A DNA stretch of 64,000 nucleotides, taken from contig CAXXMV010000002.1 of NCBI GenBank assembly GCA_963662285.2, positions 992,001 to 1,056,000 of the forward strand, given 5' to 3'. Position 1 is the stretch's first letter, and every line of letters starts with the position of its first letter. The notes below the pieces were generated by a model. It ran no database searches. It saw nothing but the letters and a program-made list of their open reading frames with translations, and had not been told where the DNA came from. The position numbers were made by a program, and so were the translations under genes. Source of the DNA: a bacterium. GTDB taxonomy: Bacteria; Hinthialibacterota; Hinthialibacteria; Hinthialibacterales; Hinthialibacteraceae. Below are positions 29,136 to 39,151 of this stretch, in pieces.

Positions 29136-29750
29136 ATGCGAACCAGGATTAGAGGATTCACTCTGATTGAATTGCTGATTGTTGTTGCAATCATCGGAAT
29201 ACTTGCGGCAATCGCGGTACCCAACTTTTTGAATGCGCAGGTCCGGTCAAAAATTGCGCGGGTGCAAAGCGACCAGCGGTCTTTTGGTATGGCTATCGAA
29301 ATGTACCGGCTGGATAACAACGACTACCCATATATTGACTTGGTTGCTGTGGAGAAATTTGGAGGAAACAGCCCGTTGGAAAACCGTTGGAAAGCCCTGA
29401 CTACGCCGATTGCATATATCAACGGCTTCCCGGTCGATCCTTTTGGCGACAATGATGTTCGAGGCGGATTGAGCTGGGTTGAGCAAACCGGAGGCTCCTG
29501 GAAATATAAGATTTATGATCTGTGGATCGCCAAACCTGGATTGGGGCATTGGGGATGGTTATCACGCGCCATTGAAACTGTGCCACTGCCAGCATCCACG
29601 CGGTATTACTATGCTTCCCAGGGACCGGATGCTCGACCTGAAGCCGACTTTGATTCAGCGGGATTGCCCTTTGATGCCAGCAATGGCTTAAACAGCCGGG
29701 GCGATATCTACTTCGCTGGTCCGGGCTTCCTATCGAACCAGAATCATTAA
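29136..29750 (+). CDS. type IV pilin/pseudopilin-like protein (prepilin N-terminal cleavage/methylation)
   Basis: RG-FTLIELLIVVAIIGILAAIAVPNF; LTTPIAY..PVDPF; FDASNGLNSRGDI. Confidence 0.9.
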   Translation: MRTRIRGFTLIELLIVVAIIGILAAIAVPNFLNAQVRSKIARVQSDQRSFGMAIEMYRLDNNDYPYIDLVAVEKFGGNSPLENRWKALTTPIAYINGFPVDPFGDNDVRGGLSWVEQTGGSWKYKIYDLWIAKPGLGHWGWLSRAIETVPLPASTRYYYASQGPDARPEADFDSAGLPFDASNGLNSRGDIYFAGPGFLSNQNH

Positions 29751-29904
29751 GATAATTTGTGATATTTTTAAGTTAAAATACCGCATAAAAAATCAAAATG
29801 GCGCCTATCTCTGCGTTTTACGTGAATGGGTGGAATATTGAATCTGAAAGAAGGGTGAAAAAATGGCTTGCCAGGGGATTGGCAAGCCATTAAAAATAAA
29901 CAAT

Positions 29905-31716
29905 TTATAATCTTCGTTGATTAGCGGGTAGAACCGATTTGCGCAGGCGGATGGATTTTGGCGTAATTTCAACCAGCTCATCTTCCCGGATGAACTCAAT
30001 AGCCCGTTCCAAGGTCATCGGCGTTACAGGAGTCAACATAACGCTGTCATCTTTACCTGAGGCGCGCATGTTAGTTAGTTTTTTCCCTTTACATGGATTC
30101 ACATTCATATCCTGCATGCGGCTGTTCTCTCCGATCACCATTCCCTCATATACCGGATCATTAGGAATGACGAATAGCGTACCGCGCGATTCAAGGTTAC
30201 CCAGGCCATAAGCCACTGCTGAACCCTGGCGGTCGGCCACTAGCGAACCAGTCAGGCGGGTGGGGAACTCGCCTCTAAACTCTTCATAGCCTTCAAGGAT
30301 CGAATTAAGTAATCCCGTGCCTCTGGTATCAGTCAAAAATTCGTTGCGATAACCGATTAGTCCGCGTGATGGGATGGAAAATTCCATGCGCACCCGGCCT
30401 GATCCGGAATTATGCATATTAACCATACGGCCTTTGCGCATCGAAAGTTTCTCTGTCACGATCCCGACAAATATTTCATCACAATCGACATAAAGGTGCT
30501 CGATAGGTTCAAGCGTTTTACCGCCTTCTTCTCTATATATTACATGGGGTCGTCCAACGCTGAGTTCGAATCCTTCCCGGCGTAAAGTTTCGATCAGAAT
30601 GACCATTTGAAACTCGCCGCGTCCTTTAACCAGAAAAATATTGGCGTCTTCGGTATCTTCAACCTGTATAGCCACGTTGCTCAATGTCTCTTTAACCAAG
30701 CGGTCGCGAATCTTGGTTGATTGAACGATCTTGCCTTCCTGGCCGGACATGGGAGAAGTATTGACGCCCATTTTCATTGAGACCGTCGGTTGATCAACCG
30801 TGATTCTCATTAGTGCTTTGGGCGCTTCCTGGTTGCAGATTGTGTCGCCGATGAAGACGTTTTCTATACCAGCCAAAATGGCTATATCGCCTGGTCCAAC
30901 AAATTCGGCCTCTTTTAAGTTGATTCCATCGTAGACTTCCAATTTTGATATACGTAAAGAGGTTGTTTTCCCGCCTTCACCTAAGCAGACCAGGTTATCG
31001 TTGCAGCGGGCGGTTCCATGAGAAATTTTGCCAATGGCCAATCGTCCCAGAAACTCTGAATAATCCAGATCAGATACTAGCATTTGGAAAGGTTCATCGG
31101 GATCGAAGGATGGAGGTGGAATTTCATTGATTATGGCCTCGAAAAGCGGCCTCAGGTTTTCACCCGGTATATCCAGAGAAGTTGATGCTGTGCCTTCCCG
31201 CCCGATAGCATATAAAACCGGAAACTCTATCTGCTGCTCACTGGCGCCCAGGTCTATGAAGAGATCGTACACTTCATTTAACACTTCATCCACGCGGGCG
31301 TCCTTGCGGTCGATTTTGTTAATCAGGACAATGATTTTCAGGTCGCCTTGCAGCGCTTTCTGCAGCACAAAACGGGTTTGGGGTAATGGGCCTTCAGAGG
31401 CATCTACCAGTAGGATGGCGCCATTGACCATCATCAAGGCTCTTTCAACTTCTCCCCCAAAGTCGGAGTGACCCGGCGTGTCGAGAATGTTGATTTTGAT
31501 GTTATCCCATAATACGGAACAGTTTTTGGCGGAGATGGTGATTCCCCGTTCCCGTTCCAGGTCCATGCTGTCCATTACCCGTTCGTCGATATGCTGATTC
31601 TCTCGAAAAGTGCCGCTTTGTTTGAACATGGCATCGACCAGGGTTGTCTTGCCATGATCGACATGGGCGATAATGGCAATATTACGTAAATTTAAGTTAG
31701 CTGATAACGTCTTCAT
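29905..31716 (-). CDS. typA: translational GTPase TypA/BipA
   Basis: RNIAIIAHVDHGKTT, ERERGITI, DTPGH, NKID, GRGE, KKLTNMRASG, EITPKSIRLRK. Confidence 0.97.
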   Translation of the reverse strand: MKTLSANLNLRNIAIIAHVDHGKTTLVDAMFKQSGTFRENQHIDERVMDSMDLERERGITISAKNCSVLWDNIKINILDTPGHSDFGGEVERALMMVNGAILLVDASEGPLPQTRFVLQKALQGDLKIIVLINKIDRKDARVDEVLNEVYDLFIDLGASEQQIEFPVLYAIGREGTASTSLDIPGENLRPLFEAIINEIPPPSFDPDEPFQMLVSDLDYSEFLGRLAIGKISHGTARCNDNLVCLGEGGKTTSLRISKLEVYDGINLKEAEFVGPGDIAILAGIENVFIGDTICNQEAPKALMRITVDQPTVSMKMGVNTSPMSGQEGKIVQSTKIRDRLVKETLSNVAIQVEDTEDANIFLVKGRGEFQMVILIETLRREGFELSVGRPHVIYREEGGKTLEPIEHLYVDCDEIFVGIVTEKLSMRKGRMVNMHNSGSGRVRMEFSIPSRGLIGYRNEFLTDTRGTGLLNSILEGYEEFRGEFPTRLTGSLVADRQGSAVAYGLGNLESRGTLFVIPNDPVYEGMVIGENSRMQDMNVNPCKGKKLTNMRASGKDDSVMLTPVTPMTLERAIEFIREDELVEITPKSIRLRKSVLPANQRRL

Positions 31717-32109
31717 GTATTATTTTTTCTCACATAAAAAAGCCGCCTACAGGCGGAGATTGGTCTCTTTGCAGTATAAAAGCTGTTTTCGATAATATAT
31801 TCGTTGATGACCGCGCTTGGCCTTCGATAAAGCCAATTTTTATACGGTTTTCTAGAAACTCGAATAAGAAGGTTATTGCACAAAAGACTCCGAGTATAGA
31901 ATTGTAATCGGTAATTATAAAAAAGTAAGCTCCCGGAATAATAATTCCAATACTCATTGCGGCGCCTATGCCGTAGAACAAAGTAATAAATTCGCTAAAA
32001 CTTGCTATTTTGTCTATTTATTAGTTTACAAATTCAGTATATTAATTATATTCGATTTGTGTTAAAAAGTTTGTATTATACTAAAATTTGAAAGGATATA
32101 GATTTTATC

Positions 32110-33315
32110 ATGAAAACGACATCCCGTTTCTCTAATCTACTGTCAAAGCAACGTTTTATCATCGTTATTCTTCTTTTGTCGGTATTCACTCAATGCATCT
32201 GGCCGGACGCGGCGTATATTGATGCGTCAAAATATCCCTCACTTCAGCAAGCCCTGGACGCTTTGCCCGAAGATGGCGGGCTGGTCAAATTCCCTCCAGG
32301 GAAATTCCACATCAAAAGCCCATTGATTGTTAATAAAGAAAATGTACGCATCGAAGGCTGTGGCGCCGCTACCCACATAGTAAATCAAAGCGTCAATGGA
32401 AGCGCTGCACTGATTCTACGCCACAAGGATTACGTCAAAGATGGTTCAAAACGGTTATGGCGCCTGCAACTGGCCGATTTCCGCATCAGCGGCGGCACGG
32501 CCAGCGGCGATGGAGTCGCGGCCTATGGCATTAACGAAATATATCTAAGCGGCATGTCGATAGATCATAACGGCGGCAACGGCGTCAACCTGATCGATTG
32601 CTATGAAGACCCCCGTATATCTGATTCGATTCTGACCTACAACGCAAAAACCGGGCTAAATATCCTGCGCGGCCATGATATCATAGTTAACGCCAACCAG
32701 TTTGAAGAGAACCTGGACGCGGTGCGCTGCATCGACAGTTATAACCTATGCATGAATGGCAACAACCTCGACGATCACCTGCGGCATGGAGTCGTCATTG
32801 AAAACACTTATGGCTCAGTTCTCTCTGGAAATATGATTGAGGAATGCAATGGCATCGCCGTCATCATGGACCGCGATTGCTATGGCAACACCGTCAGCGC
32901 CAACGTCATTGCTCATAACTTAGGCGGGGGAGTAGACCTACGGGATGCATGGGGCTGCGCCGTCTCGGCCAACACTTTCACCATCAACGCCAAAAATTCC
33001 ATAACCGTCGGTCCCCAAAGCGGCCGTATAACCATTACCGGCAACAATTTCTCTAATGCCTACATCGGCGACAAAAACCGACGCGATGACGAAACCGGAG
33101 GAATCCTGCTCGATAAAACCAACGCCATAACCATAACCGGCAATATATTCTCTGGCATCTACAAAGAATCAATTCTTTCCATAGGCCAATGCTCTGAAAT
33201 AGTAATAACCGGAAACATCTCCGTACAAGGTTCAAGAGCCAAGCCGGGAGAATATCCACCCGTAAACCTTGAATCTGCCAATGCCAAATATGGCGTTAAT
33301 GAAGTTAAGGAATAA
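32110..33315 (+). CDS. secreted right-handed parallel beta-helix protein
   Basis: Signal peptide; SLQQALDAL..GG.VKFPPG; repeated IxGN/xNx motifs. Confidence 0.8.
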   Translation: MKTTSRFSNLLSKQRFIIVILLLSVFTQCIWPDAAYIDASKYPSLQQALDALPEDGGLVKFPPGKFHIKSPLIVNKENVRIEGCGAATHIVNQSVNGSAALILRHKDYVKDGSKRLWRLQLADFRISGGTASGDGVAAYGINEIYLSGMSIDHNGGNGVNLIDCYEDPRISDSILTYNAKTGLNILRGHDIIVNANQFEENLDAVRCIDSYNLCMNGNNLDDHLRHGVVIENTYGSVLSGNMIEECNGIAVIMDRDCYGNTVSANVIAHNLGGGVDLRDAWGCAVSANTFTINAKNSITVGPQSGRITITGNNFSNAYIGDKNRRDDETGGILLDKTNAITITGNIFSGIYKESILSIGQCSEIVITGNISVQGSRAKPGEYPPVNLESANAKYGVNEVKE

Positions 33316-33333
33316 TAGTGGGCAAAATATCCG

Positions 33334-33372
33334 GTAGGGTGGGCTAAAAGCCGCAAAGCGGCGTAGCCCACC
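33334..33372 (+). repeat. GTAG-type REP variant (A2)
   Basis: gtagGGTGGGCTAaaaGCCGCaaaGCGGCgTAGCCCACC. Confidence 0.75.
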
Positions 33373-33559
33373 AAAGCCACTTATGATTTGTATACTGCTC
33401 CAGTATTACCCCTACGGACTCCACGCAAATCCCGCCAAAACCTCCATCCATCTAAACAGGCTCAACTATATTCCAATCTATTTTCTATATTATGACCGGA
33501 TAAAATCCAATTCGGATTTATAAATGCCAAAATAAATTAATAAGAGAAGGATTACAAAT

Positions 33560-33754
33560 ATGATTAATGCTGAGTCTTTAGTATCGGATGTCTTATCACA
33601 ACACCCCAATGTCTGGGATGTTTTTCTACGGCATGGCATGTGCAGTAGCTGCCAGGAGTCGCCCCCGCCGGTTTCCATACAGCATTTTGTAGAGAAGCAT
33701 GTTGGAGGCGATATTAATCAATTTCTAAGCGAATTAACCGAAGCAATCAACTGA
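33560..33754 (+). CDS. DUF1858 domain protein
   Basis: VSDVLSQHPNVWDVFLRHGMCSSC...FLSELTEAI. Confidence 0.8.
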   Translation: MINAESLVSDVLSQHPNVWDVFLRHGMCSSCQESPPPVSIQHFVEKHVGGDINQFLSELTEAIN

Positions 33755-33770
33755 AAAGATAAACTGAATT

Positions 33771-33807
33771 AGGTAGGCTAAAAGTCGCTAAGCGACTTAG
33801 CCTACCT
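33771..33807. repeat. REP variant (A2) with compensatory changes
   Basis: AGGTAGGCTAaaaGTCGCtaaGCGACtTAGCCTACCT. Confidence 0.7.
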
Positions 33808-33935
33808 GAATACTCCGAAAATATTTATCCGCTATTCCATGACTCATCAAGAATCCACCCTGGATTGATATATAATATGTGAAGATACAGTTGTTTGAAC
33901 CAATAATCCCTCACCTTTGAAATGATCAAGATTAA

Positions 33936-35387
33936 ATGATGGATGCTGCAGAACAAAATATGATATTATTAACCGGCGCTACTGGTTATATCGGCGGGCG
34001 TTTGCTTTCTGCTTTGGAAAGCAATGGTTATCGGATTCGTTGTCTGGTTCGATGTCCTAAGAATCTTGCACATAAAAAATCGGATTCAGTCGAAATTATT
34101 AAAGGCGATGTCTTTGATCCTGGTTCATTATATAAGGCTATGGAGAACGTCTCGGTTGCTTTTTACCTGGTTCACTCCATGACCTCGCCGGGAGATTTCG
34201 AATCTAAAGACCGCATCGCTGCGCAAAACTTTGGAGAAGCGGCGCTGCAAGCGGGCGTTAAGAGAATTGTATATTTAGGTGGATTAGGCGATTCGGAAGA
34301 CCTTTTATCGACGCATTTAAAAAGCCGTCATGAGGTAGGACGAATTCTGCGGCAGTGTGGCGTGCCAGTTATAGAATTACGGGCCTCCATCGTCATCGGA
34401 TCGGGCAGTTTATCTTTTGAAATGATTCGCGCCCTGGTGGAACGGCTGCCGGTTATGATCACTCCCCGCTGGGTTTCGGTATCCGCTCAACCAATATCCA
34501 TTACTGACGTCCTCTACTTTTTAGAATCATCTATCAACCTTTCTATTAATGACAGCCGTGTGTTTGAGATTGGCGGAAGGGATGTTGTCTCCTATAAAGA
34601 AATTATGCAGGAATATGCGCGTCAGCGGGGATTAAAGCGCCTTATGATTCCCGTTCCTGTTTTGACTCCCTATTTGTCCAGCCTGTGGTTGGGATTAATA
34701 ACGCCTTTGTTCGCCCGTATCGGTCGCAATATGATTGATAGTATACGTCATACTACCGTTGTTAATGACGCCTCCTCCAATGACGTCTTCGGCATACAAC
34801 CCCAGGGCGTATCTGAAGCCATCTCTGCTGCGTTATGCAATGAAGATCATGAAATCGCGCAAACGAGCTGGTTCGATTCTCTCTCTTCTTCCGGATATTG
34901 GACAAAGGTAGAAACCGAGCAGTATGGAAACCGGATCATTGATTCCAGAAGTTATAAAGTTAACGCGCCCGCCTCTATTGTATTCCAAGCCATCGAACAA
35001 ATCGGAGGAGATCGGGGATGGTATTATGGAAATTGGCTCTGGAAAATCCGCGGATGGATGGACCTGTTTGCGGGAGGTGTGGGAATGCGCCGGGGCAGAC
35101 GCGACCCACATCACGTACATATTGGAGATGCAATCGATTGGTGGCGAGTTGAACAAATCGAAGAAAGCAAGATTCTACGATTAAAAGCGGAAATGAAAGT
35201 CCCTGGAAGAGCCTGGATACAATTTGAAGTAAGACCTGATCAAGATGGCTCTATCATCAGTCAGACGGCGATATTCGATCCCTTGGGATTATGGGGACTC
35301 TTATATTGGTATGCACTGTATCCCGTTCATTGTTTCGTTTTTGCAGGCATGATTCGTAATATTGCAAAATGGGCTGAAAACCAATAG
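33936..35387 (+). CDS. ybjT: SDR family NAD(P)-binding oxidoreductase with DUF2867 (YbjT-like)
   Basis: TGATGYIGG, YLVHSM, HLKSRHEVG, GSGSLSFEM, IGGDRGWY, AEMKVPGRAW. Confidence 0.88.
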   Translation: MMDAAEQNMILLTGATGYIGGRLLSALESNGYRIRCLVRCPKNLAHKKSDSVEIIKGDVFDPGSLYKAMENVSVAFYLVHSMTSPGDFESKDRIAAQNFGEAALQAGVKRIVYLGGLGDSEDLLSTHLKSRHEVGRILRQCGVPVIELRASIVIGSGSLSFEMIRALVERLPVMITPRWVSVSAQPISITDVLYFLESSINLSINDSRVFEIGGRDVVSYKEIMQEYARQRGLKRLMIPVPVLTPYLSSLWLGLITPLFARIGRNMIDSIRHTTVVNDASSNDVFGIQPQGVSEAISAALCNEDHEIAQTSWFDSLSSSGYWTKVETEQYGNRIIDSRSYKVNAPASIVFQAIEQIGGDRGWYYGNWLWKIRGWMDLFAGGVGMRRGRRDPHHVHIGDAIDWWRVEQIEESKILRLKAEMKVPGRAWIQFEVRPDQDGSIISQTAIFDPLGLWGLLYWYALYPVHCFVFAGMIRNIAKWAENQ

Positions 35388-35417
35388 CCATAAACTAAAA
35401 TCCTTAATCCTCCTACT

Positions 35418-36233
35418 CTAAATCGGATTATGTTTAATCTTTTCCGATGACGCGGCGTCACCAACGCCTCTGCGCAATGCCTCCAGGTCTTGACTGAGTC
35501 CTTTACGAAAAAACGCTACGTCAGAGAGCCGTAGGATCAAGTTAAGCCCTGCTTTCATCCATTCGATTTCCTGATCAATAGAGGGGCAATTATGCATCCC
35601 CACTCCAACATTAGCCGCCCGCGCTTTTGCTATGATCCCGCGTACGGTTTTATCGAAATCGGGATGGTCATATTGCTCCGGGATGCCAAGGCTGCATGAC
35701 AGGTCGTGTGGGCCGATCAAGACAGCATCCAATCCGGGAACCGCCAGGATGTCGTCCAACGCTTCCACCGCCGGGACGCTTTCAATATTAACGATCAATG
35801 CGTTGTTGGCGTTATACTGTTGCAGATAATCCGCCAGTTCACCTTGCGGTACGCTTTGGCCGGATAGGATTTCCTGGAGTTTACGGCCTTTGATAGGACG
35901 CAGTTTGACCGCACCCCGCAAGGCCTGGACTTCTTCGACAGTCTCCACGTAAGGGGCGACAACGCCTGCAGCACCTGTGTCCAGGGCCTTACTGGCTTCG
36001 TAAGGATCGGGTCTGGTGATCCGCACGATGGGCGCAAAACCGAGGGCGCCATAGGCTCTGCACATCCAACCCAATTCATGCGTCCCCAGGGGGATATGCT
36101 CGGTGTCGATGAAGACGCAGTCCATATCAATCCCTTGCAACTCTTTGATCCAATGTGGAGAGGGTGAGACGATTAACGTTCCGTATATTCGCCGCCCACC
36201 GCGCAGGGCTTCTCCCAGTTCTTTACCGTTCAT
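35418..36233 (-). CDS. HpcH/HpaI aldolase family protein
   Basis: FIDTEH, ALDTGAAGVVAPYVET, NIES, LIGPHDLS. Confidence 0.88.
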   Translation of the reverse strand: MNGKELGEALRGGRRIYGTLIVSPSPHWIKELQGIDMDCVFIDTEHIPLGTHELGWMCRAYGALGFAPIVRITRPDPYEASKALDTGAAGVVAPYVETVEEVQALRGAVKLRPIKGRKLQEILSGQSVPQGELADYLQQYNANNALIVNIESVPAVEALDDILAVPGLDAVLIGPHDLSCSLGIPEQYDHPDFDKTVRGIIAKARAANVGVGMHNCPSIDQEIEWMKAGLNLILRLSDVAFFRKGLSQDLEALRRGVGDAASSEKIKHNPI

Positions 36234-36329
36234 AATTAATGCTACTCCTATGATGAGAGTTTACTCCACATGGTATTATTTTTATACATTATGTGAATCC
36301 TGACTATCCAAATTAAGACAACAAAAATC

Positions 36330-37706
36330 TCACATAACTGGCGCATCAACTACCCTACCATTATTCGGCAATACCACCTCGCCTTCAACCGCTGGATTAT
36401 ATCCGCGGATATTCCAACGCTTTACGCGGCCATAGTAGGCGCCGTTGATGGCCGCCGCGAAGGGCAGGGATTTCATTCCATTGCGGCGCAACGCATGACG
36501 CGCCAGGCGCATGGCGATGCGCCGGGGTCGGTAGAATTCACGCGTGATCCAATCATGCCCGGCTTGCAGCTGCGCCACGCTCATGCCTTTGGGTTTGAAG
36601 ACCACGTGATGGAAATCGTAATTCGACCAATCGGGATCAATAATGCGGCGCTGCATGACGTTCATCTGCGGCGTACCGGGAAGCGGGGTGAAGATCGAAG
36701 CCTGGATCAGATCAATCTCCAGTTGATCCAACAGTTTCAAGGTTCGCTGAAATACTTCTGGATCATCTCCATCAAAACCAAACACAATCCCGGCCTCAAC
36801 GCCGATGCCGTTGCGGTGCAGGATGTTAATGGCCTCGCGGTATTTCTCTACCTTGTTGAAGGATTTATTTACATGATCCAGATTGCGCTCTGAAAAGGTC
36901 TCTAAACCAACGAACAAACCCACGCAACCAGCTTGCGAAGCGAGTTTTACCAATGCTTCATCTTCTGCGATATCAAGGGTTGACTGGGTGATCCATAATT
37001 TCTTCAGCGGAATCATCGCTTGAAATAGCTCACGCGCATAATCGGCGTCAGCCGTCAGGTTGTCGTCGACAAAGATAAATTTTCGGGATGGTATTTTGGC
37101 GATATCAGAAACCACCTCATCAACCGGACGCCGCTTGTGCACTCCTCCATTAAATGCCGAAACCGAGCAAAAGGCGCACTTATGGGGGCAGCCGCGGGTG
37201 GCCTGTACTGGATAGGTTGAATACCGCCCCAGTTTCAGCAGGTTATATGGCGGCGTCTTAAAACCGGAGAATGGGCGGGGCTTTTTGGTTTTATAAACGC
37301 CTTGCATAACGCCGCGCTGCGCATCCTCAACAACCTGGCGCCAGATTCCCTCAGCGTCGCCCGCCACCACCGCATCCGCATGTTGCAGCGCTTCATCGGA
37401 GCAAAAAGTAGGATGCATCCCGCCCAGCACCACTGGAACCTTTCGCGCCCGGAATGCGTCGGCAATCTCATAAGCCCGCGGCGCCAGGGCGGTCATGCAG
37501 GTTAGGCCCACTAAATCGACGGGAGCGTTCCAGGGGATATCGTCGAATTGCTCATCAATTATCTGTACGTTATGTTCTTCCGGCGTATCGGCTGCCACTG
37601 AAAGAAGACTGAGCAGCGAAAACCGGAACGTTTTTCCATTAAAAATGCGTGAGCGCCCGATGCGCTGCCATTTTCCGCTGGATGGCGCAATCAGTAAAAT
37701 ATTCAT
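36330..37706 (-). CDS. B12-binding radical SAM protein
   Basis: VVLGGMHPT, RGCPHKCAFC, FVDDN, GLET, TPLPGT; ATG at 37706 with AAGGAG RBS. Confidence 0.92.
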   Translation of the reverse strand: MNILLIAPSSGKWQRIGRSRIFNGKTFRFSLLSLLSVAADTPEEHNVQIIDEQFDDIPWNAPVDLVGLTCMTALAPRAYEIADAFRARKVPVVLGGMHPTFCSDEALQHADAVVAGDAEGIWRQVVEDAQRGVMQGVYKTKKPRPFSGFKTPPYNLLKLGRYSTYPVQATRGCPHKCAFCSVSAFNGGVHKRRPVDEVVSDIAKIPSRKFIFVDDNLTADADYARELFQAMIPLKKLWITQSTLDIAEDEALVKLASQAGCVGLFVGLETFSERNLDHVNKSFNKVEKYREAINILHRNGIGVEAGIVFGFDGDDPEVFQRTLKLLDQLEIDLIQASIFTPLPGTPQMNVMQRRIIDPDWSNYDFHHVVFKPKGMSVAQLQAGHDWITREFYRPRRIAMRLARHALRRNGMKSLPFAAAINGAYYGRVKRWNIRGYNPAVEGEVVLPNNGRVVDAPVM

Positions 37707-37888
37707 GATCGTCTCCTTTGTGCATCTATGCACAGTTTGTATATAAACAATAAGGATAAACAACTAAGCATTTCAGTTCTCCCCGGTTGTATTTTTTGGG
37801 ATAATATTTGTGCTATATATATAGACTATACACATATAAACTATCTGTCAATAGGAGATTTGGGTATGAGCATGATTTATTGATGAGA

Positions 37889-38809
37889 TTATTCTTTATC
37901 TCTTGACCATCTTGCCGCCAGGGCGGTTCCGGTTATATTGTGCCATACGCTGAAGAGGGCGCTGGGTAGAGCGGCGAGCGCTCCGAAGCCGGTGGATTTC
38001 AGGGCTAGAGCCAGAGCCAGGCCGGAATTTTGCATGCCTACCTCAATGGCCAGGGTGCGCCTTATGGCTTTATCGCCGGATAGCATGGCGCCGACAAGAT
38101 AGCCCAGGGTTAATCCAGCAGCATTATGGATTATAACTGCTGCGGCCACAGTCATAGATGCGCTGGCTATTTTGCCTGCATTCAATCCAACGACGCAGGC
38201 GATGACGGCTAGGATGATACCAGTGGATAACAACGGGAAATAACCCAGAACAGGCTTGATTTTGTTCCCGGAAATAGTACGCATAGTTAAGCCCAGGATG
38301 ACGGGAACCAGTACGATGCGCATAACATCCCACATCATCTTGGATACGTCTACATCAACTTCAGCATGGGCGTAAAACCAGGTGAGCCAGGGCGTCAACA
38401 GTGGGGCCAGCAGGGTTGATGCCAGGGTTAAGGATACGGATAGTCCCACGTTGGCGCGCGCCAGATAGGTGATGACGTTTGATGCAGTTCCTCCGGGGCA
38501 TGATCCTAATAATACAAGCCCGGCAATAAGTTCGGGATTCAATCCCAGCGCTTTGCCAATCAAAAAACCCAGCAACGGCATGATGGCGTATTGCGCGGCG
38601 ACGCCTGCAAAAAGAAAGCGGGGTTGTTTTAGCACTCTTTTGAAATCTGCGGCCTCTAAAGTCATCCCCATGCCAAACATTATGATTCCTAATAAAAGGG
38701 CGATATGCGGCCGCATCCAGACGAATCCTGCTGGATAGAATAATGCTATCGATGAAATGCCGAGGGCTAAAAAGGCCAGATTGTTTTCTATGAATTGCCG
38801 GATGCTCAT
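37889..38809 (-). CDS. bile acid:sodium symporter (BASS) family
   Basis: IMFGMG, CPGGTASNV, EVGMQNSGLA, FSVWHN. Confidence 0.93.
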   Translation of the reverse strand: MSIRQFIENNLAFLALGISSIALFYPAGFVWMRPHIALLLGIIMFGMGMTLEAADFKRVLKQPRFLFAGVAAQYAIMPLLGFLIGKALGLNPELIAGLVLLGSCPGGTASNVITYLARANVGLSVSLTLASTLLAPLLTPWLTWFYAHAEVDVDVSKMMWDVMRIVLVPVILGLTMRTISGNKIKPVLGYFPLLSTGIILAVIACVVGLNAGKIASASMTVAAAVIIHNAAGLTLGYLVGAMLSGDKAIRRTLAIEVGMQNSGLALALALKSTGFGALAALPSALFSVWHNITGTALAARWSRDKE

Positions 38810-38964
38810 GCGTAAAGACCTTTACTGGTTGGATAAAGTGTTTGCTGATGGCGCCTTACCCTGGAATTCTCCCGGCTAGTCTCCGGACACATTGCTAAAT
38901 TGATGCAGTGGCAATGCACCTACCTCTGATGAACTAAAAAAACTCTACCAAGAACCAGGGAAAC

Positions 38965-39037
38965 GGGGAGCATCGGCTTCTAGCCGGTAAGCCAATCCCT
39001 CTCTATTTGACGCACCGGCTGGAAGCCGATGCTCCCC
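38965..39037. repeat. 24-bp inverted repeat (REP-doublet-like)
   Basis: ggggagcatcggcttctagccggt ... accggctggaagccgatgctcccc. Confidence 0.8.
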
Positions 39038-39151
39038 ACTCTATTATGTTATCCACTCTATGATGTTACCCGTTTCATTCTACTCTCCTGATTTGTCTCG
39101 GGAGAGTAGAATGGAAGGATAGGGGACAGAGGCGTTCGTTTATATATTCGT

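Noticed and set aside
31730-31981. 83-aa ORF upstream of typA
   Set aside because: No clear start or RBS; possibly a membrane-gene remnant but unsupported
38815-38940. Possible riboswitch upstream of the BASS transporter
   Set aside because: No recognisable SAM, lysine, TPP or cobalamin core motifs
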